Assembly (NCBI GenBank): GCA_963665325.3
Contig: OZ224045.1
Coordinates: forward strand, 928,001-992,000
Direction of reading: 5' to 3'
Origin: Alphaproteobacteria bacterium
GTDB taxonomy: Bacteria; Pseudomonadota; Alphaproteobacteria; Bin95
Length of the DNA stretch: 64,000 bases
Position 1 is the stretch's first letter, and every line of letters begins with the position of its first letter. The translations under genes were made by a program, and so were the position numbers. Below are positions 10,541 to 20,900 of this stretch, one piece after another. The notes beneath the pieces are model-generated. The model saw only the letters and a program-made list of their open reading frames with translations. It did no database searches and was not told the origin of the DNA.

Positions 10541-11085
10541 TGGCCCGCATTCCCCTGCTCGAAGAAACCGACCTCGCGCCGGAAGACCGCGACCTGCTCG
10601 CGCGGCCGATCAACCTCCACAAGGCGCTCGCCCACAGCCCAGAGGGGGCGCGGGCGTTCGGGGGACTTGGAAGCTGGATCCGCTGGCAGTGCAAGCTCGA
10701 CCCGCGCCTGCGAGAACTCGCCATCCTGCAGGTCGGCTGCCTTGCTAAGTCCGCATATGAGTACAGCCACCACATCAAGATCGGCAAGGATTTCGGCCTC
10801 AGCGACGACGACATCTGCGCCGTCCAGGCCGAGACCCGGGGCGAGCCCGGTGGCCTCGGGCCCGTCGAGACGGCGGTGCTGAAAGGCGCGCGGGAAATGA
10901 CCCGCGGCCCCGCCATGTCCGGGGAGACCTTCGCCTTCCTGGAGCACGAGCTCGGCACGGCCCGCACCGTCGATCTGGTCCTTGTGGTCGCGTTCTATTG
11001 CGGCGTGGTGCGGCTGCTGGAGACGCTGGAAGTGGATGTCGAGCCCGACTACCAGCCCTGGCTGGACACTTTCCCGCTCGACTGA
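10540..11085 (+). CDS. Carboxymuconolactone decarboxylase (AhpD-like) family protein
   Basis: TGATG overlap; LDPRLRELAIL..YEYSHH motif. Confidence 0.85.
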   Translation: MARIPLLEETDLAPEDRDLLARPINLHKALAHSPEGARAFGGLGSWIRWQCKLDPRLRELAILQVGCLAKSAYEYSHHIKIGKDFGLSDDDICAVQAETRGEPGGLGPVETAVLKGAREMTRGPAMSGETFAFLEHELGTARTVDLVLVVAFYCGVVRLLETLEVDVEPDYQPWLDTFPLD

Positions 11086-11102
11086 GCGATCGTTGATCGC
11101 CG

Positions 11103-12539
11103 TCAGGCAACCACCTTGCCGGGGTTCATGAGGCTCTCCGGGTCGAGGGCGCGCTTGACTGCCTGCATCATCTCGATCTCGGGGGCGGGCTTGTAGTGGG
11201 TGATCTCCTCCACCTTGAGCCGCCCGACGCCGTGCTCCGCCGAAACCGAGCCGTCGAGCGCATGGACGATGTCGTGGACGGCGGCGTTCAGCTCCTCCCA
11301 GCGCGCGAGATAGGCCTGCCTGTCGGCGCCGACGGGCTGCGAGACGTTGTAATGGATATTGCCGTCGCCGACATGGCCGAAGGGGCAGGGACGTGCGCCG
11401 GGAATGGTGCGTTCGACCGTCTTGTCCGCCGCCTCAATGAAATCTGCGACCCGGCTTACCGGGACCGAGACATCGTGCTTTATCGAGCCGCCTTCCGGAA
11501 TCTGCGCCTCAACCACAGCCTCGCGGATACGCCAAAGGGCGTTAGCCTGAGCACTGCTGTCAGCGAGGGTAGCATCCAGCACCAGACCATCCTCGAAGGC
11601 CCGGCCGAGCGCATCCTCGACGATCTCGCGCAAGCCCGAGCCCTCGCGGCCGGCATCGGCGCGCAAGAGCGCATAGTGGGTGTAGGCGCGGTCGAACGGG
11701 TCGCGCACGCCCGGCACATGCTTCAAGGCCAGGTCGATGCCGAAGCGCCCGATATATTCGAAGGCGGAAACCTGGTCGCCGGAGGCGGTGCGCAGGCGCG
11801 AGAGCAGTTCGATCACATGCGGGATAGACGGCAGCGCGGCGAAGGCTGTTACCTCCTCGCGGGGCCGGGGGAAGAGCTTGACGCAGGCCGCGGTCACGAT
11901 GCCGAGCGTGCCTTCGCCGCCGATGAAGAGTTGCTTCAGGTCGTAACCGGTATTGTCCTTACGCAGGCGCCTGAGGCCGTTCCAGACGCGCCCGTCCGGC
12001 AGCACGGCTTCCAGCCCCAGCACGAGTTCGCGCATGTTGCCGTAGCGCAGCGTGTTGATGCCGCCGGCATTGGTCGAGATATTGCCGCCGACGGTGCAGC
12101 TCCCCTCCGCGCCAAGGCTGAGCGGGAACAGGCGGTCGGCGTCGGCCGCCGCCGCTTGGACATTCTGGAGGATGCAGCCGGCCTCGACCGTCATGGTGTA
12201 GTTGAGCGCGTCGAGTTCGCGGATGCGGTTCATGCGGCCGAGGCTCACGAGGAGCTGGCTGCCGTCCTCGGCGGGTATGGCGCCGCCGCAAAGCCCCGTA
12301 TTGCCGCCCTGCGGCACGATGGCCACGCCGGCCTCGCGGCAAAGCCCGACGACGGCTGCCACCTGCTCGGTGGTCTCCGGCCGGGCGACGAATGGCGTGC
12401 TGCCGTGATAGAGGCCGCGCGGCTCGACCAGCAGGGGCGCCAGCTCGTCCGGGTCGGCAGAAAGTCCGCGCTCGCCCAGAAGCTCCCTGAGCGGCTCCGC
12501 CAGCGCCTCGGCCAGTGCCGTCCCCCGATTTCCCCTCAC
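11103..12539 (-). CDS. FAD-binding oxidoreductase (D-2-hydroxyglutarate/D-lactate dehydrogenase-like)
   Basis: PQGGNTG, KDNTGYDL, GHVGDGNIH, SAEHGVG, MNPGK; GTG start overlaps upstream stop. Confidence 0.9.
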   Translation of the reverse strand: MRGNRGTALAEALAEPLRELLGERGLSADPDELAPLLVEPRGLYHGSTPFVARPETTEQVAAVVGLCREAGVAIVPQGGNTGLCGGAIPAEDGSQLLVSLGRMNRIRELDALNYTMTVEAGCILQNVQAAAADADRLFPLSLGAEGSCTVGGNISTNAGGINTLRYGNMRELVLGLEAVLPDGRVWNGLRRLRKDNTGYDLKQLFIGGEGTLGIVTAACVKLFPRPREEVTAFAALPSIPHVIELLSRLRTASGDQVSAFEYIGRFGIDLALKHVPGVRDPFDRAYTHYALLRADAGREGSGLREIVEDALGRAFEDGLVLDATLADSSAQANALWRIREAVVEAQIPEGGSIKHDVSVPVSRVADFIEAADKTVERTIPGARPCPFGHVGDGNIHYNVSQPVGADRQAYLARWEELNAAVHDIVHALDGSVSAEHGVGRLKVEEITHYKPAPEIEMMQAVKRALDPESLMNPGKVVA

Positions 12540-13594
12540 CCCGAAGCCTCCGCCAACTCCCAGGCGCGTTCGGCCATGAGCAGGCCGAGGCGCCCAACCT
12601 CCTCGGCATTGTCGGAGGCCGCATTGCCGGCGAGGCCGCGGGCGCGCACGCCGTCCAGGATCGAGGCGAAACGGAACATGGCGTGGACGTTGTGGACTGG
12701 CGTCAGCCCGTCGGGGCGGTCGGCTGCGAGGCGGTAAGTCTCCACGAATTCGTCCTGCTCGGGGATGCCGAGCGCGCGCCGGTCGAGGTCCCGCACGCCC
12801 CAATATTCGCCCGAGGTGGTGTTGAACAGGATGCAGAGATAGGCGACGTCGGAGAGCGGGTGTCCGAGCGTCGCAAGCTCCCAGTCGAACACGGCGACGA
12901 CCCGCGGCTCCGAGGCATGGAACATGATGTTGCCGACCCGGAAATCCCCGTGCGCCACTCGTGTCTCGTCGCCGTCCGGCATGCGCGGCGGCAGCCAGTC
13001 CATGAGCCGGTACATCTCCGGAATCTCGCGTGTGCGCGTCTCGCGGTAATTGCGCGCCCAGCGGTTGAACTGGCGCTCGAAATAATTGCCGGGACGCCCG
13101 AAATCGCCGAGGCCGACCGCTTCCGGATCGACGGTGTGCAGCGCTGCCAGCACCTCGGCGAGTGCGCGATACATCTGCCTACGTTCCTCCGGATCGACGC
13201 CCGGCATGGCGCTGTCGGTATAGACGCGGCCCTCCATCCGCTCCATGACATAGAAGGGCGTGCCGATGACGCTCTCGTCGTCGCAGTAGAGATATTGCTT
13301 CGCCACCGGCACGGGCGTGTCGGCCAGCGCCTTCTGCACCCGGTATTCCCGGTCCACCGCATGGGCCGAAGGGAGCAGTTCGCCGGGCGGCTTCTTGCGC
13401 AGCACATACTCGGCGTTGGGCCATGCGAGCACGAAAGTCGGGTTCGACTGGCCGTAGCCGAACTGGCGCACCTGCAGCCGACCCTCCGTGTCCGGCAGAC
13501 GGTCTTTCAGCCAGGCGTCCAGCGCCGCCTCGTCGAAGCGGTGCGCCTCGCGCACATCGGCAAGCCGCGTGCCTTCCCCCGGATCGATCACCAT
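12536..13594 (-). CDS. Phosphotransferase (APH) family protein, ACAD10/11 N-terminal-like
   Basis: GQSNPT, SAHAVDREY, HGDFRVGN, DWELATLG. Confidence 0.9.
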   Translation of the reverse strand: MVIDPGEGTRLADVREAHRFDEAALDAWLKDRLPDTEGRLQVRQFGYGQSNPTFVLAWPNAEYVLRKKPPGELLPSAHAVDREYRVQKALADTPVPVAKQYLYCDDESVIGTPFYVMERMEGRVYTDSAMPGVDPEERRQMYRALAEVLAALHTVDPEAVGLGDFGRPGNYFERQFNRWARNYRETRTREIPEMYRLMDWLPPRMPDGDETRVAHGDFRVGNIMFHASEPRVVAVFDWELATLGHPLSDVAYLCILFNTTSGEYWGVRDLDRRALGIPEQDEFVETYRLAADRPDGLTPVHNVHAMFRFASILDGVRARGLAGNAASDNAEEVGRLGLLMAERAWELAEASG

Positions 13595-13725
13595 GGCCGC
13601 CCGCTCCGTCCTTCCCCTGCGGGGCACGATAAGGGCCGCCGTCCCCGCCCGCAACGCCCGCCAGGACGGTCGCGCGGGCCGCGCAGATGGGGCATGATGG
13701 TAGCCCGGGCAGGGAGATTGGACCG

Positions 13726-14664
13726 ATGAAGATAGCAGTGGCGCGCGACTATTACGAACGGGTGCATGAGGCGGCGGAGGCCATTTGCCCCGATATCGAA
13801 TGGGCGCTCTCGGATGCGAGCGGCGCATGGACGGTGCCGCCCGAAGGCTCGGATATCATTGTCTATGCGGGCACCGCCTATACGGACAGCTTCGTGGACG
13901 ACATGCTCTCGATCACGCCGCCGAAATGGGCGCATACGGAAGACGCGGGCATAGACGGGCGCTTCTATGACGGCATGCGCGCAAATGGCGTTCCCGTAAC
14001 CCACAGCCCCGGCGCCAATGCGCCGGAAGTGGCCGAGCTCGCCTTCGCCGGCCTCATGTGGGGCGCCAAGCGCCTTCGCGAACTCCGCGACCAGCAGCTG
14101 GCGCACAAATGGGGCAAGCTCATGCTGCCGGGCCTCAGCGCCACGACCGTGCTCATCGTCGGCCTCGGCAACATCGGCGGTCTCGTCGCACAGTATGCCA
14201 AGGCGTTCGGCATGACGGTCCACGGCATCAGGCGGTCGCCCGAGCCGGTGCCGAACGTGGACCGGCAGGGGACAATGGCCGACCTCGCGACGTTCCTGCC
14301 GGAGGCGGATTTCGTCGTGCTCGCGCTCCCGATTGCGGACGACACGGCCGGCATGATCGACCGCGCGGCGCTTGCCGCCATGAAGGATACGGCCGTGCTG
14401 GTCAATGTCGGGCGCGGCGCGCTCGTGGATATCGACGCGCTGCGCGATGCGCTCGGCTCGGGTGCCATCGCATCGGCCTTCCTGGACGTGCTGCCGGTCG
14501 AGCCCTGGCCCGCCGACAGCGACCTCTGGGATGTGCCGAACCTGTTCATCACGCCGCATAACGGCTCGCTCAGCCCGCTCTACGCCGTTCGCGTCGCGGA
14601 AATCTGGCTGGAGAACCTGAAGCGCTTCACCGCGGGCGAGCCGCTGCTCCACCGGGCGTTCTGA
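13726..14664 (+). CDS. D-2-hydroxyacid dehydrogenase
   Basis: GLGNIG, VNVGRG, LDVLPVEP, ITPH. Confidence 0.9.
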   Translation: MKIAVARDYYERVHEAAEAICPDIEWALSDASGAWTVPPEGSDIIVYAGTAYTDSFVDDMLSITPPKWAHTEDAGIDGRFYDGMRANGVPVTHSPGANAPEVAELAFAGLMWGAKRLRELRDQQLAHKWGKLMLPGLSATTVLIVGLGNIGGLVAQYAKAFGMTVHGIRRSPEPVPNVDRQGTMADLATFLPEADFVVLALPIADDTAGMIDRAALAAMKDTAVLVNVGRGALVDIDALRDALGSGAIASAFLDVLPVEPWPADSDLWDVPNLFITPHNGSLSPLYAVRVAEIWLENLKRFTAGEPLLHRAF

Positions 14665-14674
14665 GGGCCCGCGC

Positions 14675-15079
14675 CTACCAGAAGGGCGTTTCGCTGACCG
14701 TGGAGACATGCGCGGCCACGACCTTCCAGCCGAGGTCCGGAAAGCGCGCCCAGGTCTGGCTCTGCCGACCGATCAGGTCCCGGCCGCGGACCTTGAATTC
14801 CAGGTTGACCACGGCCCAGTCGCGCCCGAGGGTCAGGATTTCCAGCCGCCGGCGCTCCTCCTTGATGCCCGGTCCCGGCGGGCGGGCGACGCGGTGCGCG
14901 TGGATCTCGGCAAAGCCGTAGCCGTTCTCGTGGAGCGCGTAGCGGATCGTGTGCGGGCTCTCCCAGAAGGTCGCGTCGAGGGTCTCGACATCCTTCGTCT
15001 CCAGCGCCGCCTCATAGGCTTCGAAGCGGTCGCGGACCTCCGCCACCACTTCCGGGATATTGGGCGTCATGTCGGTCAT
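14675..15079 (-). CDS. AtzH/HpxZ-like protein (DUF3225)
   Basis: F..YE.AL...D...L...FW.SP.TIRY, GRQSQTW, VAAHVS. Confidence 0.85.
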   Translation of the reverse strand: MTDMTPNIPEVVAEVRDRFEAYEAALETKDVETLDATFWESPHTIRYALHENGYGFAEIHAHRVARPPGPGIKEERRRLEILTLGRDWAVVNLEFKVRGRDLIGRQSQTWARFPDLGWKVVAAHVSTVSETPFW

Positions 15080-16245
15080 CCTTCCCTCTCCATAGCCCGC
15101 GCCAGCGCCACGAGGCCAGCGTCGGTTCCGTGGCCGCCGAGTATGGAAAGCCCGACCGGCAGGCCGTCCACCGCCGCGCCCGGCAGGCTGACCTGCGGCA
15201 CGCCGGTGAGGCCGCCATGGCTCGCGAGCACCGAGATGCGGGTCCGCAGCGCCTCCTGTTCCGAGATGGACAGGCCCTTCGGCGGAGCGGGAAAGGGCGT
15301 TGTCGGCAGGCAGAGCACCGTGCCCGGCGGCAGCAGGTGCACGAGCCGGGCCCGCGCCTCCGTCCGCAGCATCGACGCCCAGAGCCGGTCGCCCTCGGAG
15401 ATGTCCGCACCCCGGACGAGATTGCGCGCGACCGAATACGCCATGCGCGGATTGCGCCGGTCGAGCCAGTCGCGGAAGGTGAGCCAGGCTTCCCAGGGCT
15501 GCAGCGTGCGCTGCGCCCTCGCCCAGGCGGACAGGCCCGGCGGCGCCATCGTCACTTCCTCCGATGCGCCGACGATCCGGCCGAGCCGCTCCACCATCGG
15601 CCGGAGCGCCTGCGCAACTTCCCCGTTAGCGAAGCCGAAGGCATCCACGGCGACCAGAAGGCGGCCCGGCAACGCCTCAGGGACCGCCTCCTGCAGCAGC
15701 ACGGCGGAGATGCGGGCGAAGGTTTCGGCGTCGCGGGCGAACCAGCCCGTCGTGTCCGAGCTCGGCGCCTGGGACATCATGCCCCGAAGATCGAGCCGGC
15801 CCCAGGTCGGGCGAATGCCGTAAAGCCCGCAGAAGCTGGACGGCACGCGCACCGAGCCGCCGGTGTCGGTGCCGAGCGCCGTGTCGCAGAGGCCGGAGGC
15901 GACGGCCGAGGCCGAGCCCGAGGAGGAGCCGCCCGGCACCCGGTCCGGCGCGGCGGGATTGACGGGCGTGCCGTAGAAGGCGCTCTCGCCGAGAATGCCG
16001 AGCGAGACCTCGTCGGTGACCGTCTTGCCGATGAAAGCCGCGCCCGCTTCCAGCAGCGCCTCGACCGCCCAGGCGTGGCGTTCGGCCGGGGCGTCGGCTC
16101 CCGGCCAGTCGGGATTGCCGCCGCCGGTCGGCAGGCCGGCCACGTCGAACAGGTCCTTCGCCGCGAAGGTCAGTCCGTCGAGCGGCCCGCCGGCGCGGCC
16201 CTCGATCCGGCGCTCCGTGCCCGGAACGAAGGCGCCGCCCGCCAT
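15076..16245 (-). CDS. Amidase-signature family enzyme
   Basis: GPLDGLTFAAKD, GGSSSGS, GTDTGGSVRVP. Confidence 0.92.
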   Translation of the reverse strand: MAGGAFVPGTERRIEGRAGGPLDGLTFAAKDLFDVAGLPTGGGNPDWPGADAPAERHAWAVEALLEAGAAFIGKTVTDEVSLGILGESAFYGTPVNPAAPDRVPGGSSSGSASAVASGLCDTALGTDTGGSVRVPSSFCGLYGIRPTWGRLDLRGMMSQAPSSDTTGWFARDAETFARISAVLLQEAVPEALPGRLLVAVDAFGFANGEVAQALRPMVERLGRIVGASEEVTMAPPGLSAWARAQRTLQPWEAWLTFRDWLDRRNPRMAYSVARNLVRGADISEGDRLWASMLRTEARARLVHLLPPGTVLCLPTTPFPAPPKGLSISEQEALRTRISVLASHGGLTGVPQVSLPGAAVDGLPVGLSILGGHGTDAGLVALARAMEREG

Positions 16246-16629
16246 TTATTCCCTCTCGATGAGCTGGTAGAGCACGCCGTGGCCGTCGGCCGGATGGACG
16301 AAGACCATGCCGGTGGCCTCGATCAGCCGCGCGCCGTTCGCCGCCATCTGCGTCTTCGCGGCCTCGAGGTCGTCGACGGCGAGCGCCACGAGATGCAACC
16401 CTTCGCCGTTCTTTTCGAGGCTGCGCGCGATCGCGCCGTCGCCGAGCGGCTCGGCCAGTTCGATGAAGCGCCCGGAATCGCCGAGCGGCAGGATCGCACG
16501 CCGGAGCCCAAGGTCCGGCTCGTCCTTCGGCGGCGCCTCCGCTTTCAGCCCCAGCTTGCCTTCATAGTCTTCGAGGCTCCGGTTCAGGTCCTTCACCCGA
16601 ACGACGATATGGTCGATCCACTTGTGCAT
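16246..16629 (-). CDS. VOC-family protein (methylmalonyl-CoA epimerase-like)
   Basis: IDHIVVRV, FIELAEP, GEGLHLVAL, FVHP..HGVLYQL. Confidence 0.85.
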   Translation of the reverse strand: MHKWIDHIVVRVKDLNRSLEDYEGKLGLKAEAPPKDEPDLGLRRAILPLGDSGRFIELAEPLGDGAIARSLEKNGEGLHLVALAVDDLEAAKTQMAANGARLIEATGMVFVHPADGHGVLYQLIERE

Positions 16630-16692
16630 GGCTCTTGGCCTTCCTTGCTTTGCGTTCGCCGTCTTCCACCGACGGGATGCAGGAGATATCCC

Positions 16693-17120
16693 GAAATGTC
16701 ACGATTTGTCATGAGGCCCGCCATCGATCCCGTCCCGTATCGCGACCCCGGCGCCGGGAGACCCCCCTGGCGAAATGTCGTGAGATGTCATGTTTTGTCA
16801 TGTTTCCCATACCGTCACCGACGCTCCACCGTCCGGTTCCTGCATATCTTGCCTCCATCGCGCTCCGCTCCGTTGCGCCGCCGCCGGGTCCCTTTGTCGC
16901 GCGTATCGCGGGCGGGCGGGGGCGCCCGTTGGCGCCGGCGCGGTTCGCACGCCTGATTGCGCCCGCGCGCAAGGCAGCCGCAGGGCGCACTTCTCCTGTC
17001 CGTTCCCGCCGGGGTTTTTTTCAGCCCCAGCCGCCGTTCTGCGCAGAAAAGGAAAAGGCGGCCCCCGCAAGCCGCCTCTCCCTGCACCCATCATACCACA
17101 TTTTCTCACAGGTCAAGCCA
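16693..17120. other. Non-coding structured element with 10-bp-phased TGTCA repeats and a minus-strand promoter-like end
   Basis: TGTC(A/G) at 16697, 16707, 16776, 16786, 16796; minus strand TTGACC-15 bp-TATGAT (17116-17090) followed by a GGCGGC/GCCGCC hairpin plus U-tract. Confidence 0.45.
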
Positions 17121-17284
17121 TAATAGAGAAATATTTCAAAAGAATTGTGAACAAACTGCTGTCTTCCGATGGAAGCGCTGAAATGCGCCGTGATGCCCCC
17201 CGCGGCCGCCCGTCAGTCCCGGTAATCCGAAACCGCCTTCGGGTCGAGCCGGTCGGCCGGGACGAGGCGGTAGTGCCGCTCTTC

Positions 17285-17378
17285 CACGACCTTCATCTCG
17301 ACCGCGACTCGCTTCAGAGTGCCAGAGACAAGCGTAGCTGATGACGAGGCCCGGTTCGGGCTCAGGAACCGGCGCCAT
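17285..17378 (-). pseudogene. Truncated PemK-like toxin remnant
   Basis: MAPVPEPEPGLVISYACLW..GRDEGR resembles the N-terminus of an alphaproteobacterial PemK-like family; similarity stops after ~30 codons. Confidence 0.55.
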
Positions 17379-17650
17379 GCCCGCCGGTCAGTTCTTGATC
17401 GTACCGGGCGGCGTCGGGTGGCGGTTCCGCCTGCGCGATCGCTTCGACCTCGGCATCGGATAGCTCCTGGACGGCAAGAGCCTGACGGTCCCGCCGCTTG
17501 AGGCGGTCATATTCCTCGACCGACAAAATCACCAACCGGTCCCTGCCATTGCGGGTAATCGACAAGGAAGCCTTGAGCGCCTCGTCCTGAAAGCGGCCCA
17601 AATATGCATGGAAAATTCGAGCACGACGATATGCGGGACGAATAGTTCAT
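17362..17650 (-). pseudogene. Phd/YefM antitoxin, frameshifted near 5' end
   Basis: GRFQDEAL..ITRNGRDRLVILSVEEYDRLKRRD; the upstream ATG (17650) is in another frame. Confidence 0.7.
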
Positions 17651-17666
17651 GCTCGTAATGCGTTCA

Positions 17667-17836
17667 GGGAAGCGCCGCCGCCCCCGCTTGCTGCAGCGCA
17701 ATCGCCGCCTAATTCCTCTTCCTCCCGCAGCCCTCCCGGAAACCCTGGGCCGCCTTCTTCCTGCCCGTGCTTGCCATGCTGGCGGCGTTCGGGCCGCTTT
17801 CCATCGACATGTACCTGCCGATCCTGCCTGCAACGG
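17667..17836 (+). repeat. Copy 1 of MFS gene upstream region and 5' end
   Basis: Near-identical to 23331-23508, e.g. ccgccttcttcctgcccgtgcttgccatgctggcggcgttcgggccgctttccatcgacatgtacctgccg. Confidence 0.95.
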
Positions 17837-17929
17837 CGTCCCGTCGGTCGCCGCGATATCCCCATTGTCGCTGGGTGAGCCGGCGGAGCGCGCGGGATCG
17901 GTTTCCGCGGCTCACCGGATTCCCCGCGG

Positions 17930-20900
17930 TCACCATCGCGCGGAAAGCGTAAGACCGATGCCGTGCTCCGGCCCGGTATTGTCGTTTGCGTGCTCGCGCC
18001 GGGTGGTCTGGACTTGCAGCGCGAAGGCTGTCGGTCCGTTCCTGACGAGATCCAACCGCGCGCCAAGACTGAAATCCTGCCGGTTGCTCGCGAAGCCCAG
18101 CCTGAGTTCCGGCGTCAGGGTGCAGCAGCCCTCCGCTACTCCGAATCCATAGGTCAACCGGAGCCCGAAAGTGCCATTCGAAAAGTCCTCGCGACCGCCT
18201 TGCGTCGTCAGTCCCGCCAGGGTTTCCCGCCGAAGCAGCGCGTCCATGCCGCCGGTGGCCGAGGCCCCCACGGTCCGGTCGAGCGCGAGCGAAGGCCCGC
18301 GGTCCGAGTCCGGCGCCGGGTCCCAGGCGAGCGAGGCGGAGAGGCCGCGGTCGCGGAAACCGCGCGAGTCGCCGGTCAGCAATCCGCGTCCCTTTACCTC
18401 CGCCGAGAGTCCGCTCTCCGGGTGCGACCAGGCGAGGCCGCCGCCGAGGTCGAGCCCGAGACCCGTCTCGGCGTCGCCGCCGTCATGGCGAACGCCAATC
18501 TCCAGCGTCGGTACCGGGTCGCCGGCGCGCGCGCCGCGCCATGACCCTTCCAGCCCCAGTCGCAGGCGTGTCGCATCCGCCTCCGCTGCCGCAAGCCTGC
18601 CGCCTGGCCCGCGCCCGGCGCCAGTGCTCGTGCGCACCGCCATGGCGTCGGTCGTCATTGCAAGCTCCGGGCCCCCCTCTTCGGGCGCCGCGACGACCGT
18701 GCCGCGCAATCCGAGAGCGCCCATCGCAAGGTCCATGTCCGCTCCGATGGGTGCGGCGGCCTTCGGGGTCAGCGTCAGGCGGCCCGAACCGTAGCCTGCG
18801 ATGCCCCAGACGCTCAGGCGTTCGCTCAACTCATAGCTTCCATAGGGGTAAACGCCGGTCAGCACGGACGAGACCTCCCCGTCGCCATCGGGCGCGCGGT
18901 AATCGCCCTTCCCGCGGGAATGCGCGACGGCAATCCCCGCCAACGCCTGTCCGAACGTCCAGTCCGCGCCGAGAAAGCCTGTCGCTACTTCGCCGTCGAG
19001 ATGGAGATCGCCCTCCCGTCCGCGGATGCGCGACACCGCCCCCTGGCCCCATAACGCGCCCGCGCCGCCGTCCGCGCCGCCGCCAGTAACGGCGAAGGAC
19101 AGACCGGTCAGGAAGGTGCGCTCCGTAAGGGCGCGCGAGGAATGCCGGCTCGCATCCTTGTCGTGAGCGCTAGCGCCTATCCGGTCTGTCCGAGGCCCGA
19201 GGCCGGCTTCCCTCGGGGCTGCGCTGATAAGGCGCTGGCCCGCGACGGTCGCCCGGACACCGGGCAGGCGGGACGCGCGCAGGCGCCCTTCCACCGCATC
19301 GATCGCCTGGTCGGCGACCGTGCGCCCGAAGCGGGAGAGCCAGGCCTGCGGCATGAGGTCGGTGTTCCGGATCGCGCCCGTCGCCTCGCCGTCCTCGATC
19401 CGGGTGCCCGGCGACGGGTTGGAGAGAGTCAGCGTTAGCGTCTCGAACTTCTCGTCGTGGCTGTCGTTCAGCACCGGGACGGCAACCGTCATCTCAGTCG
19501 CGCCTGCAGCGAAGGTGAGCGTGTCGGAGACGTGCGTGTAGTCGGCTCCGGCCGTCGCCGTACCGTCGCTCGTCGCATAGTCGACCGTGACGTCCCGGTC
19601 GAGCGTGCGGGAAAGGGTAACCTTGAAGTCGAGTGTCGCGCCCGTGGCTTCGCGAACTTCCGCATCGGCGACCGAGAAAGAGGCGGGTCCCGGCACGATC
19701 CTGGCGATCCCGTAGGAGAGAGGCGTTCCGCCCGCCGTACAGACCGCGCCGGCCGCTCTGCAATTGGTCCTCCGGGGCAACACCAGCGTCACCGGTTCGT
19801 GCGAAGAAGGCGCCACCCTGACGCTCCAGAGATCCCGGCGACCCTTCACCCGCCAAGCCTTTCTGACGGTTCCACCGGTCACTTGGATGGCCCTGTTCCG
19901 GAGCGCAACGTAACTGGTTGCGATCGGCTCGGTGAAGCGCAGCCTTACGGTGAATGTGCCCTTGCCGGTGTGCGCCTCGGGGACAGACTCCCAGGCGGCC
20001 ATCAGGCCGCCTCTCAGGGACCGCAGGCCGTCGCCGGCCGGGGCTTTGGAGGGTTGCACCACGAGGTTCGAGGCGGTGTTGTCCCGGGTGTAATTGTTGC
20101 CGCCCTCGTCGGTCAGGCCTTCGCCTACGCCCTTCACCGTGTTGGCGCGGAGCCGGATCGTCACCGGCATGCCCAGCGTGGCCGGCGTCGCGCGCACCTT
20201 GTAGGTTCCGCCATTCCAGACTTCGACGGCCGTCACGGTCCCGTTGGTGACATCGAAATCCGTTGGATCGAGGTCCTGCACCGCCTCCGTGGCGACTGCC
20301 CTCACATTCGGGTCGGTGAAATAGAGTTCCATCGCGAACGGACCCGTCACCTCTTCGATGGCGTGCCAGTCTTCCTCGTGGACAGCCTTCGACAGCGTGG
20401 CTTCCAGAACGCTCGAATTCCCGTTTGGCGCCTGCGCCTTCAGTTGCGGCGATACCGCCACCACCGCGTTGCCGAGGCGCATGCGCATCTCGGCCGTGAA
20501 GGCGGTTCCCCTGAACAGTCCGCCCTTGGTGAACTGGATGCAGGCGGTGCCGCCGGTGCATGACGTGTAGCTGTCCCCGCGCCCGACCTCCTTCCAGGGG
20601 CTGAACCGTTCGTCGGACGAGTCCCAGGAATATCTGGCGCGCTCTTCGATCACGACACTGTCTGCCGGAACCTCCACCGGGCGTTCCCAGCAGATATCGA
20701 GCGCCACCTCCCGCCTGTTGCGATCCAGCGATCCAAGCCGGGCCCCGCATTGTCTGATCGTCCCGGTCGGCCCCGGCCCGGATTCGCCGTCATATCCGCG
20801 CGCCGTGAACTTGACCGCGAGTTGGGAGGCGGCCGTGTTGGCTCCTTCCCCGTCCCATATCGCCTCGTTGTCGCTGAGGTGAGTGATCGTTTCGATGCTC

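Noticed and set aside
16693-16805. TGTCA repeats as a PhoB box
   Set aside because: The period is 10 bp rather than the canonical 11, and no phosphate genes are adjacent
16635-17341. Overlapping 90-180 aa ORFs across the non-coding element
   Set aside because: Arg/Pro/Ala-rich, mutually overlapping, with no RBS or family signal
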